The notes below the pieces were generated by a model. The model saw only the letters and a program-made list of their open reading frames with translations, was not told the DNA's origin and ran no database searches. Below are positions 1 through 8,886 of a stretch of 37,485 bases of DNA, piece after piece (the first letter of the stretch is position 1; each line of letters begins with the position of its first letter). This stretch comes from Candidatus Bathyarchaeota archaeon. GTDB lineage: Archaea > Thermoproteota > Bathyarchaeia > Bathyarchaeales > Bathycorpusculaceae. The position numbers and the translations under genes were made by a program. Location: contig CAVZPM010000014.1 of the NCBI GenBank assembly GCA_963777155.1, positions 1-37,485 on the forward strand, given 5' to 3'.

Positions 1-6
1 TAGCAC

Positions 7-271
7 GTGCTACCTGATTATCAAGGAATCGGTTTAGGTAAAAGGCTCCTAAATTTTGTCGCTGAACTTTACTCGTCGCAAACTAAAATGCCCTTTTACA
101 TACTAACAAGCAACCCGCAAATAATACGAGGTTATATGCAAGACTGGAAGGTCACTCGATTTGAGCATGCAAGCAATGGAAAAGAAGACACAAGAATCAA
201 TACTGAAATCAGAAACAGCCTTAGTCGAAACCGCATAACGGTTACATTGAAATATGTTCCCAAATCAATAG
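7..271 (+). CDS. GNAT-family acetyltransferase, C-terminal part (type usually fused to an ABC-like ATPase in mobile elements); 5' end probably outside the window
   Basis: VLPDYQGIGLGKRLL is an acetyl-CoA-binding motif A (QxxGxG), followed by YILTSNP. The track ORF runs to 411, overlapping the convergent gene. An off-frame TAG at 269-271 next to the convergent stop, and the paralogous tail at 3075-3167, suggest the real end is about 271. Confidence 0.7.
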
Positions 272-272
272 A

Positions 273-2939
273 CTACCTGAACCATAAGCTTGTATCCGTT
301 TGTTTGATTGTTTTCTTTTCGTGTTCTATTTTAATGATTAAGATGGGTATTAAGACTGCAGCTACCGTTCCAATCAAAACATATCCCCAAAAATTCAGCC
401 AACCCAAATAATGAACGATTAGAAGGACGATAGGAAAAATAATCAACATTGCTGCTGGTTTTTTGTAATCCAAAAGATCTTTACCCGAAGAGGGTGAAAT
501 GGGAGCAAGAGCGAAACAGACTGTGGTCAAAGTTGTAAGTATTCCAGTACTTCCAACAATAACTAGCTCACTTACCGGTGAAACAGCTAAAATGGCAAAA
601 GGAATAATCGGCAATGAAAGCACAAACCCCTTTGTAACCGCGGTCAAAGCGTTGACTTTCTTTTGTGTGGATAGCAGGTATTTGTATGAGCCAATCGTTT
701 TGGTTTTCATTGGAGACGAAAAGGGGAACTTGAGGGCTAAACCACTAAGAAAATAGAGCACACTCCCTAAGCTCCATAAAGTTACCTCTTTTTGAATCTT
801 CGACCGATGAGAGAAATAGATTTCTAAGAAGAAGGAAACCGTTTGTGTGATAAAAACGGAAAGTAGGGCTCCTGTAAAGAATCGTAAAAAAGTCAATGGA
901 TTTAATACATTAGGCAGACCGTTTGCCATTACAAAGCCCATCACAAAAGACATAGCAACAATAGTTGTAAATAAAGCGGACAATTCGCGTTTTGAAATGA
1001 GAGAGTTCTTTCTATTTTCTATCTTTTTCTTTTTGAATAGTGCTTCAAGTTTTTTTTCAGCGAATTTTTTGAGTACTGATTGAAGTGGCTTTGGAAGTTG
1101 GAGGTTCTCGATTTGTGAAATAGAGTTTCCGCTTATTTTTGCGATCGCAACTGTCGTAACCGATGCAATTCCAATGGCTCCTGTGGCTGTCGCTGTGGTT
1201 GCTAAAAGTTGAGGGCTGATTGGGTTGAGGGGAATGTTGATTATTGCTGCGGAAGGATTCAGGTTTCTAACTAAAGGTGTTGTTTCGCTAGGTGTAGGTG
1301 TAGGTGGAGATTCTGTTGGTGTTGGTGTTTCAGTTGGTGTGGTTGAATTGGTAGGAGTTGGAGTCGAGGTGGGGTTTGCTGTTGGATGAGGTGTAGGGGT
1401 TGAGGTCGGGTTTGATGCTATTGTTATAGTTTGGATTCGCTGAAGTTGACCCCCTATATTATCAGTGACTGTTAATGAGACAGTGTAGGTTCCTGAAGAA
1501 GAGTATTGGTGTGTTGTTGTTGATGTGTTTGATTGTACAGTTACTCCATCACCGAAGTTCCAAAGGTATGTGAAGGTTCCTGCTGGGCTGGTTTCTGATG
1601 CTGCGTTGAATGTTATTGTCTGGCTTTGGGTTGGTGCGGATGGGCCAATTAAGAAATTGTCTGTTGGGGGTTGAATGTTAACTAGTGGATAATTGTCATA
1701 ATTATTTGAGTTAATCGAGTAGGCTGTATCTCCAATTCCATCCTGACCAAAATGGTTTTGAAGCGCCCCGTTAAAGATGTCCTTGCCTGGGTAGTCACTC
1801 CAGTAGTTGCCTCCCGATGGGTAACCATTATCCCAAGTGTTAGATCCGACAGGATCCACTATTGTTACGCTGCGTGGAACACTTGTCAAACGATTGTTGA
1901 AAATAATGTTGTTGCTTGAAGAATCGGAGAGTCTAAAACCATAGTTGCTGCTTGATGTAACGTTGTTTGAAAATATTCTGTTGCTATTTGTGGCGTTTAA
2001 CATAAAGCCGCCTTGGCAGTTTTGGATTGAGTTGTCAAAGACATTGTTATTGTGCGATGTTACGCCTAAGCTTATTCCACAATTGCAGCCTTGAATGTCG
2101 TTGTTCATGATGCTGTTATTGTATGAACGCAATACATTTACTCCTGCAAAGTTGCTGGTGTAGAATTTGTTGTTGTAGACTTGGTCATTGTATGATGACC
2201 AGTCGATTAGAACGCCAGTCTGGCAAGAAATTACAGTGTTATTGAAGATTATGATGGAGTTTGCATTATTGCTGCCTATACCCCAAGTATTGCAGGAATA
2301 GATGTAATTATTGAAAACAGAGTTGTCATGGGAATTTGGGCTGATTGATTCTATTACGCCATGCGCGTTGTTTACTCCGCCCATTCCACAGTCGTGTGCA
2401 ATGTTATCATAGATTTGGTTGTTTGGTCCATTTATCATAATCCCCCTTTCGTATGCGTAGGTAATGCTGTTGCTGTATATTTCGCAGTTTGCTGCTTGTG
2501 GCTCGATGAGTATTGATTCGTTGCGACCATGTGTTATCTCGAACCCAGTAATGACAACGTTACTGCTTGATATACGCACAGTCGTTCCGATGTCTTGTCC
2601 GTTGATAATTGTTTGATCTCGCCCTTGTCCTATGAGGCTGATTGATTTGTTGACGATAACGTTTTCGTTGTAAGTTCCAGCTGCAACTGTAATGGTGTCT
2701 CCATCGTTTGCAGCATTGATAGCTAGTTGAATTGTGCCATAAGTGCCTGGCACAGACAGGGTTAATCCTGACGCTACATTATATCTTATGTTTCCTTGTT
2801 GAAAATTTATCGCTACTATTACAGTACTTATTAGCAGAAATAGAATTACCGTTAGCCCAATCGACCCTTTTTCCAATTGCCTCTTCCTCCCTAAGTTTGA
2901 TTTGGACTGCGAGTGATGACTAAGCAGTCTCCTTGTCAA
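273..2939 (-). CDS. Membrane-anchored surface protein: signal/TM, NosD/CASH right-handed beta-helix, PKD domain, Pro/Thr linker, C-terminal multi-TM domain
   Basis: YGTIQLAINAANDGDTITVAAGTYNE beta-helix start; Asn-rich NNxIxNN repeats; WDNGYPSGGNYWSDY; PKD motif YLWNFGDG...HQYSSSGTYTVSLTVTD; PT-repeat linker; about 7 hydrophobic segments. Confidence 0.88.
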   Translation of the reverse strand: MTRRLLSHHSQSKSNLGRKRQLEKGSIGLTVILFLLISTVIVAINFQQGNIRYNVASGLTLSVPGTYGTIQLAINAANDGDTITVAAGTYNENVIVNKSISLIGQGRDQTIINGQDIGTTVRISSSNVVITGFEITHGRNESILIEPQAANCEIYSNSITYAYERGIMINGPNNQIYDNIAHDCGMGGVNNAHGVIESISPNSHDNSVFNNYIYSCNTWGIGSNNANSIIIFNNTVISCQTGVLIDWSSYNDQVYNNKFYTSNFAGVNVLRSYNNSIMNNDIQGCNCGISLGVTSHNNNVFDNSIQNCQGGFMLNATNSNRIFSNNVTSSSNYGFRLSDSSSNNIIFNNRLTSVPRSVTIVDPVGSNTWDNGYPSGGNYWSDYPGKDIFNGALQNHFGQDGIGDTAYSINSNNYDNYPLVNIQPPTDNFLIGPSAPTQSQTITFNAASETSPAGTFTYLWNFGDGVTVQSNTSTTTHQYSSSGTYTVSLTVTDNIGGQLQRIQTITIASNPTSTPTPHPTANPTSTPTPTNSTTPTETPTPTESPPTPTPSETTPLVRNLNPSAAIINIPLNPISPQLLATTATATGAIGIASVTTVAIAKISGNSISQIENLQLPKPLQSVLKKFAEKKLEALFKKKKIENRKNSLISKRELSALFTTIVAMSFVMGFVMANGLPNVLNPLTFLRFFTGALLSVFITQTVSFFLEIYFSHRSKIQKEVTLWSLGSVLYFLSGLALKFPFSSPMKTKTIGSYKYLLSTQKKVNALTAVTKGFVLSLPIIPFAILAVSPVSELVIVGSTGILTTLTTVCFALAPISPSSGKDLLDYKKPAAMLIIFPIVLLIVHYLGWLNFWGYVLIGTVAAVLIPILIIKIEHEKKTIKQTDTSLWFR

Positions 2940-3074
2940 CCAACCATGTCGAATAGTTTACTAGCAATATATTTGATATTCCAAATCTCAGAATATCTTA
3001 AGAAAATAAAGAATTTTGAAAAAATCTTCTCTTTAGAAATGGAACTACCTCCACGATGGAAACGATGAGGTTAG

Positions 3075-3167
3075 GGAAGAGGAAACACAAGAATTAATAA
3101 TGAACAAAAAAGTAGTCTTAGCCGACAACGTATTACTGTTTCCTTGCAGTACTATGTAAAAAAATAA
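3075..3167 (+). pseudogene. Remnant copy of the GNAT gene 3' end
   Basis: Translates GRGNTRINNEQKSSLSRQRITVSLQYYVKK*; 16 of 26 residues are identical to GKEDTRINTEIRNSLSRNRITVTLKY encoded at 178-255. Confidence 0.8.
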
Positions 3168-3182
3168 CCTAATGAAAAGAAC

Positions 3183-3276
3183 AAGAAAGAAAAAAACTTC
3201 ATCATTGACCGCAAGGGATTAAATCAATCAAAAGGTTGGCTGAAATCTTCTTCCAAACGCTTCTATCAATTCTGGG
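3183..3276. repeat. Degenerate ~95-bp repeat, copy A (copy B at 4706-4800)
   Basis: Core CTGAAATCTTCTTCCAAAC vs CTGAAATCTTCTTTCAAAC (18/19 identical); shared AAGAAAGAAAAA start and CAATTCT end. Confidence 0.65.
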
Positions 3277-3331
3277 TAAAACAGCTTTTTAAGAAATTTT
3301 TGCTCCAGTTATCTCACAGTTATTTTTCTTT

Positions 3332-4546
3332 TTATTTTGGCGGCGGGGGCAATTGACCTTCTTTTCCTTTCTTGCGATGTCTAACCAAAGCCGTTATTGA
3401 CGCAACAGTTAGCCCTGCAATTACCGAGGTAACAATAGGCCACGTGTATTTTACTATAGGATTTTCAGAAGGACTTGTCACTGTGACGTTGTATGTTTCA
3501 ATTGATCTATCTCCAAGTGCACCCTCTATGTCTAGAGTGAAGAAGTAGTTGCCTGGCTTTTCATACACATGTGTCACCTTTGTTTCACTGGTAGTTATGT
3601 TGTTTCCATCACCAAAATCATACGTGAATTTAGCACCGCTGCTAAAGAAGCTAGATGGTACTTCGAAAGTAACTGAACCACCAGCGACGACACTAATGTT
3701 CGCCGGAGTAGTGGTTGACGTAGGAGCGGTAGTGACTATAGGTGAAGTTGGAGTTGATGGTCCAGGCGTTACTTGATGATAATTCCAGTTGGAAATTTGA
3801 TGAGAGGACTTTACGGTGTAGTTAAATGCGCATGCTCGAAGTCCAAAATTTCAGAAGGTAGTTTCCTGTTTCGTTTGCAACAAGTTGATAAGAATGAGGA
3901 CCGTAGTCAGCTGCGCGTAATCTAACCCAATGGAACCAACTTGTGTTAGGTTAGGGGATAGCACAACTGAATCATAGTAGTTATAATGAATTCAGCTGGA
4001 TTAACACTAATCAAGACAGAGTCTTGGGCATTTACATTTTGGATTGTGTACCAGTTGGTGCTGACTGCATTAATTTGTCCTTCAACACTGTATGGTGTTG
4101 CTTGGAGGGGTATGACCAGTGGAAACTTGATGGGAGGACTTCACGGTGTAGTTAAATGTCATGCCCGAAGTCCAAAATTTCAGAAGATAGTTACCCGTTT
4201 CGTTTGCAACAAGTTGATAAGAATGGGAGTTATGAGCCTAGCTATGGGAACCAACTTGTGTTAGGTTAGGGGAAAACACAGCTGATTTATAGGAGTCATA
4301 ACTGAATTCAACTGGATTAATACTAATTACTAGAATATCATTCGCCTGAACGTTATAGATCCAGTGATAATTGGTGTCAGCGTTGCCGATTGTTCCGGGA
4401 GTTTCGTATTGTGTTTGTGCCATAGTGGTGCCTGAGAATAAGCTAATAATTATGAGAAACGCAAGGGACAAAACAAAAATAAAAGTGAGTAAAGTTCGTT
4501 TGAAATTTTGCCTTTTCTTTAGACTAACGATTTTGCTAAGTATCAC
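3332..4546 (-). pseudogene. Disrupted surface-protein gene: signal peptide, two tandem ~100-aa beta-sandwich-like repeats, Pro/Thr linker, PKD domain, C-terminal TM anchor
   Basis: Joined across frames: ...NYHWIYNVQANDILVISINP...YQLVANETGNYLLKFWTS (x2)...FTYDFGDGNNITTSETKVTHVYEKPGNY...WPIVTSVIAGLTVASITALVRHRKK. Needs one in-frame TAG (4238-4240) and about 4 frameshifts. Confidence 0.75.
3785..4330. repeat. Intragenic tandem duplication (~3785-4015 vs ~4116-4330)
   Basis: Long shared blocks such as GTTTCGTTTGCAACAAGTTGATAAGAATG and GGAACCAACTTGTGTTAGGTTAGGGGA. Confidence 0.9.
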
Positions 4547-4705
4547 TAACTCTCCCTTCCTTACCCTAAGAAAGCATTTGGACAGAATTTGTATAAAACA
4601 CTTTGCATAAAAAATTATAGCTATGGATTATATTTAATTATTTAAAGTTGATGGATTAAAGGTGCTCATGAAAAGGTTTTTTGAGTGCGTTACACCCTCT
4701 TCTTT

Positions 4706-4930
4706 AAGAAAGAAAAATCTTTACCATCAACTAAGAAGACATAAACCTCAGGAAAAGGCTTATCTGAAATCTTCTTTCAAACTCCCCTAACAATTCTTGC
4801 TGAAGTCGCCCTAGCCGAGGGAAGCCAGGTATCTTCACATTATTGATAACCTAAGACCTTGTTAGTAGTTATCCAGTCTTCTGTTTTTGTATCCTCTGAT
4901 CGAGTCGTATACAGTTTTTGAGATGTAATT
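4706..4930 (-). pseudogene. Degenerate gene remnant containing repeat copy B
   Basis: Minus strand reads ...TEDWITTNKVLGYQ*CEDTWLPSARATSARIVRGV*KKISDKPFPEVYVFLVDGKDF; copy A reads RIDRSVWKKIS in the equivalent frame. Confidence 0.4.
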
Positions 4931-5136
4931 TGAGAAGCTTAGAAGGCTTACGGTTGATTGGCTATACTAAACAAAAGTGCTAGCCTGAGCCTTCTGCAAG
5001 TATAGTAAATTGAAAAAATCACTTCTAATCACAGTTTACTTGAAGGTTACAAAAGTATTATTTTATTTTTGTTAAAGGAAGACTTTCTTATATTTCATGA
5101 AACCTTGGTTTTTCTTGAGCAAGAAACTTAAATCTG

Positions 5137-5523
5137 TTGCTTAATGACTTTAGAGGGATTAATATGCAGGTTTTTCCAGTTGAGAAGTGCCAAATAGTCT
5201 GGCGCAAGGATTCTACGTCAGAGAATGATAGGCAAGCAATCCTACGAGAATTAAGGCAAATGTCGGTTGAACTCAAAGAAGCCGTTGATTTTACAATAAA
5301 AATGAGTAACAAGAAACCAAACGAAGTCAAATACTACCTTGAAATGGAGACCTTTACTATATCTATTTATTATGAAACCCATCTGGAAGCGTGGGGCATG
5401 CTTATTGAGCAAACGAAAGCCGATTCCTCTCCAACTGTTGTGGGTGAAATTGCCTGCATGGACCCAATGACGTTTAGCTTCATTGAGCAAGAGAATATTC
5501 TCAAAACAGAACCCATTATATAA
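5137..5523 (+). CDS. Hypothetical protein (start may be ATG 5164)
   Basis: Open 128-codon frame with globular composition; no recognised motif. Confidence 0.55.
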   Translation: MLNDFRGINMQVFPVEKCQIVWRKDSTSENDRQAILRELRQMSVELKEAVDFTIKMSNKKPNEVKYYLEMETFTISIYYETHLEAWGMLIEQTKADSSPTVVGEIACMDPMTFSFIEQENILKTEPII

Positions 5524-5658
5524 TTTTAATATCTTGATTTTAACGGGTTTCTTTTCAGTCCAAGTCCGCGTTTGGTAAATGGTTATTGGAGAGAACATTG
5601 ATATTGAAAGAGTCTGCAGCTGATGTAATTAACTGCGCTTAAGGTTGTCTGAGGTAGC

Positions 5659-6105
5659 TTGGTGAAAAGAAGAGACACGCATGAGGTTGAGTGTAGAAGT
5701 GATATTGATGAGTTTATTCGTCGTGCTCAAAGATGGAATCCCCTCTACGCAAGACTAGTAAACACCTTAGCTAGGCTCCCTGAAGAGATTTATCGGTTTA
5801 CTTTGGAATATGTTTCTTTTCATGCGGGTCAAAGTCAGACGTTGGAAGTCAAAGAATTAACCAAGTCCTGCATGATAATTTTGAAGCGAACCGATTCAGA
5901 ATCTCTAATAGCACACGAAATAGCTCACGCCTACCTCGGGCACGCAAAAACTAAAAGCAGAACCAAGAACATAGAGGCAGAAGCTGAGGAGTTAAGAAAG
6001 AACTGGGGTTTTAAGAAAAAAGAAATCTGCCCCAGTTATCCCCGATGGTGCTTTCAATGCCACAACCCCCACTGCTACGAAAGCCAAGCAGGAAAACTTT
6101 GCTAA
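5659..6105 (+). CDS. Small HEXXH zincin-like metallopeptidase with Cys-rich C-terminus
   Basis: LIAHEIAHAYLGH followed by IEAEAEEL (likely third Glu ligand); tail CPSYPRWCFQCHNPHC; GAGGT RBS upstream. Confidence 0.75.
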   Translation: MVKRRDTHEVECRSDIDEFIRRAQRWNPLYARLVNTLARLPEEIYRFTLEYVSFHAGQSQTLEVKELTKSCMIILKRTDSESLIAHEIAHAYLGHAKTKSRTKNIEAEAEELRKNWGFKKKEICPSYPRWCFQCHNPHCYESQAGKLC

Positions 6106-6537
6106 TGCTTCGTGCTTTGGGCACCTAATCCTAGGAAAAAGTTTCGGCATTGCCAATAGAGTTCTCTTCGATACCCAAAGACCGCCTCCCGATTTTTCCG
6201 TTAGCAGTTTAGCTTTAAATAATTCCGTAGCAGCCTGTCTATAATCTCCGTCGCTGAGCTTAGTTACTTTGAGAATCGCATCTTTTTTGTAAGCTCGATT
6301 CATGACTATAGCTCGAACAATTAATCCCTTTTTTGAATCCCAAAATTCCGTTGTTATGGAAATATTTCTCTCTTGTTTTTTCTGATCGCCATTTTCTTTG
6401 TCAACAATAGAGTTATCTTTGCTCTCCGATTCCTTAGCTTTAACGAGGCTTCTCACAAAATCTTGGGTCCTTTTTCTATCTCGTGCAGCCTCATTGTTAG
6501 AAAGAAATCCCGCATTTGTGCGTCGCGTTTCCGGCAT
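6102..6537 (-). CDS. Hypothetical protein, possible C-terminal winged-helix; 3' end probably frameshifted (track ORF runs to 5992)
   Basis: Helix-helix-wing pattern KKDAILKVTKLSDGDYRQAATELFKAKLLTEKSGGGLWVS; an alternative frame ends ELYWQCRNFFLGLGAQSTKH* near 6102 and removes the long convergent overlap. Confidence 0.5.
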
Positions 6538-6615
6538 TGGTACTCAAAACTCTATTGCGTTTAGTTGTTTTAAGCTCTATGACTTTAAAGTAAAGTTTTG
6601 CTTATACCAACTGCC

Positions 6616-7227
6616 CTACCATTCGTCTCTTTTGCTTATTGCTTCTTGTTTTTGGTCTTGTTCTATATCGCGATAAATGTCTTTTGCAGTAGATGAAACA
6701 ACCGTTAAATCAGCACCTGCAACACTCTTCACAGTCGGTATTCTAACTAATCTCTCCGCTCTAGTTTGAGGTACATATTGAACTTCAATTTCTTTAGAAG
6801 TGAAATTGAGCTTTTCACCGGAATCCCAAGGCTCATACATTTCGATTCTAATTAGATAATTTCCCTCTGCAATTCCCTTCATGTCTAAGGGTAAAGGATA
6901 CTCTAAGGTGTCGCCCAGTAATGCACTTTGAGGGATGCAAAGGGGTATTGAATTGAGCAGTTGCTCTTGAAAATACAAATCAAGATTTACTTTTGAAAAC
7001 GACGCCGGTGAAGGCAATAAACTAAATTCAACTTTAAGTGCTAACTCGTCTTCTTTGGTTGTATCGACGATGCGGTTAATCACTATTGCTTTTGAAGGCT
7101 TGATTGCCTCTTTTGTCCTTTCAATGTTGAACTGAAAAGATAGGTCACCTAACGTTGATTGTTTTGCCTGCTTAACGTCGGCAGCTATTATCTCTCTTTT
7201 TTGCTGATTCTTAGATAATTTAACCAT
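6616..7227 (-). CDS. Hypothetical protein (beta-rich core)
   Basis: Clean 203-aa ATG ORF; no recognised family. Confidence 0.7.
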   Translation of the reverse strand: MVKLSKNQQKREIIAADVKQAKQSTLGDLSFQFNIERTKEAIKPSKAIVINRIVDTTKEDELALKVEFSLLPSPASFSKVNLDLYFQEQLLNSIPLCIPQSALLGDTLEYPLPLDMKGIAEGNYLIRIEMYEPWDSGEKLNFTSKEIEVQYVPQTRAERLVRIPTVKSVAGADLTVVSSTAKDIYRDIEQDQKQEAISKRDEW

Positions 7228-7315
7228 AGCAAAATCAACTATACACTTCAGCCAAGCAATTAATCAGTTCTGCGTTTGACTTATGTTGGTTTGGATTTCC
7301 TTTGCTTGTTTAGGT

Positions 7316-7441
7316 TTAGGACCATGATTTGTAGCGGATTTTTGAGCATTTTCCACAGGCGATAATGATTTGCCCTTTGACTACAGAAGTTTGGGCGGTT
7401 TCACATCCACATTTACATTGGTTAACTGTTACTAGCGACAT
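7316..7441 (-). CDS. 41-aa zinc-ribbon microprotein
   Basis: MSLVTVNQCKCGCETAQTSVVKGQIIIACGKCSKIRYKSWS*; two Cys knuckles; TATTATAA box about 25 nt upstream on the minus strand. Confidence 0.6.
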   Translation of the reverse strand: MSLVTVNQCKCGCETAQTSVVKGQIIIACGKCSKIRYKSWS

Positions 7442-7690
7442 AGGAGTAAAAAAAAGTAGCTGTTATAATACATGTTGTTTCCAAATTCGATATATTGAAT
7501 ACTCGCGAATGTCTCTGAGTAGTGTGCTGGGTCATCAAAGAATCTGGTCACTCAAGCGAAGGAAGAGACAATACGAGAATAACCAATGAAATTAGATGTA
7601 GCTTCAGTTGAAAACGCATAACCTTTGCCTTGCAGTACAATCAAAAAGAGAGTAGATGCGTGAAACCTATCAGCTAAAGTTTATCATATG

Positions 7691-8067
7691 TTAGACTTGT
7701 AAATTAGTTAAAGAGCCAAGAATTAAATAGGCTAAAAGTGGCAAAAAACCGATTAAAATATGAATGCAGATTCCTATTTCTTGGCTGTTTCTTTTTGCAA
7801 AGCCTTGAGTTTTTTCAGGAACTTTAAAGGATGCAAATATCTTAGAAACCCCTATCCAGTCTGAAGTGTTTTTCTTCACTAAATCTCTTTCCATACTACC
7901 AAATAATTGCCACTCTGCACGAGAAGCACCTGTTGAGTAATAAAAATTAAGAAGCGAGTAAAGTCCAAAAAATTAAATGATTGCATAATAGCTATCGACA
8001 AAGACAGAGTTACAACATTCCATCCAACAAGAGCGGGCTCAACCATTCTTTGAGCCAATGCTAACAC
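7691..8067 (-). pseudogene. Fragmented hypothetical membrane protein
   Basis: Two overlapping short hydrophobic ORFs (7879-8067, 7691-7894) in different frames. Confidence 0.3.
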
Positions 8068-8076
8068 AGAAAATAA

Positions 8077-8483
8077 AGAAACCTAAACCTTGTCTTCACC
8101 TGCAGCGGCGTAGATACAGCTGGACAGAACTTTAGAAGAGCTAGAGAAGCAGCTGCTAAACGCTTAGGGGTACCAGAGCTAAAAAGATTACATTCTACAG
8201 CAACCGTCATTGGCGAGCAGTCCTTGAACGGTACCTGAAAGGCAACTCTGATGCAGTCGCAAACCTACTAGGCGAAAACTCTGACAAATACGTTAAGGTC
8301 TACGCTCCAATATCTGAGCGACTCTACGGCAGCGATAAAGAATGGGCGCCAATCGAAATCTGTGAAACTGACCCTGATTACAGCGAGAAAATAAGCCGCT
8401 ACGGCGCGGAAGGCTATCAAGAATACAACTACAACCGAACGACAGGCAGGCACTACTTAAGGAAGGAGAAAAACGCTTGGTAA
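8077..8483 (+). pseudogene. Tyrosine recombinase/integrase C-terminal remnant
   Basis: NFRRAREAAAKRLGVPELK/(frameshift)/ITFYSNRHWRAVLERYLKGNSDAVANLLGENSDKYVKVY: degenerate HxxRH, LLG[H] and catalytic-Tyr boxes; lies 100 bp from a tRNA gene. Confidence 0.7.
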
Positions 8484-8582
8484 AGCAAGAAACAGACTGT
8501 AACTATTCCAGCCAAAACATTGAAGTAATCCATCCCCACCAAAGACTAAAATGTAAGTATTCCAACCAGAAAGCATGTAAAA

Positions 8583-8658
8583 GGGTTCGTAGCCTAGCAC
8601 GGATTAAGGTGTCGGCCTTCGGAGCCGGAGATCGTGGGTTCAAATCCCACCGGACCCG
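8583..8658 (+). tRNA. tRNA-Arg(UCG), no intron, CCA not encoded
   Basis: Acceptor GGGTTCG/CGGACCC; anticodon arm TCGGC-CTTCGGA-GCCGG; T arm GTGGG-TTCAAAT-CCCAC. Confidence 0.96.
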
Positions 8659-8886
8659 CTTTTCCAGAAGCCCATTTACATTGATGCCTCATGTCGAATT
8701 GACTGTTTTAGCTAGCTGCCACGAACTTACAATTAATGATTTTCAAAGTCTTCCTTGTTTCTACGGGTTGGTTTGGTGTCGGAGTTGAAGGCGGAATCAT
8801 CGTTGGGGGAGATTTCGTTACCCATTCCGAGTTTCAAATCTTCTTGTATGAGTTGGACTAAGAATCAAATCAAACCAAGTATTCGT

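Larger units (their letters stand above)
1..8483. mobile_element. Decayed tRNA-Arg-associated integrative island (left boundary outside the window)
   Basis: Integrase remnant abutting tRNA, AT-rich composition, low coding density, duplicated remnants, surface-protein cargo; no second att copy seen. Confidence 0.55.

Noticed and set aside
1280-1410. GTTGGT/GTAGGT short tandem repeats as CRISPR or VNTR
   Set aside because: Explained by the Pro/Thr linker codons of the surface protein; no repeat-spacer periodicity
3783-4138. ORB-like motifs (TTCCAGTTGGAAAT, CCAGTGGAAAC...GATGGG) suggesting a replication origin
   Set aside because: Both lie inside the duplicated coding domain, in direct orientation, with no cdc6/orc1 nearby
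4238-4240. In-frame TAG as pyrrolysine or stop-codon recoding
   Set aside because: The same gene has several frameshifts, TAG terminates conserved genes normally (pheS, nreA, NUDIX), and no pyl genes are seen
3785-4330. Diversity-generating retroelement TR/VR pair
   Set aside because: Mismatches are not adenine-specific on either strand, both copies encode the same protein domain within one gene, and no reverse transcriptase is in the window
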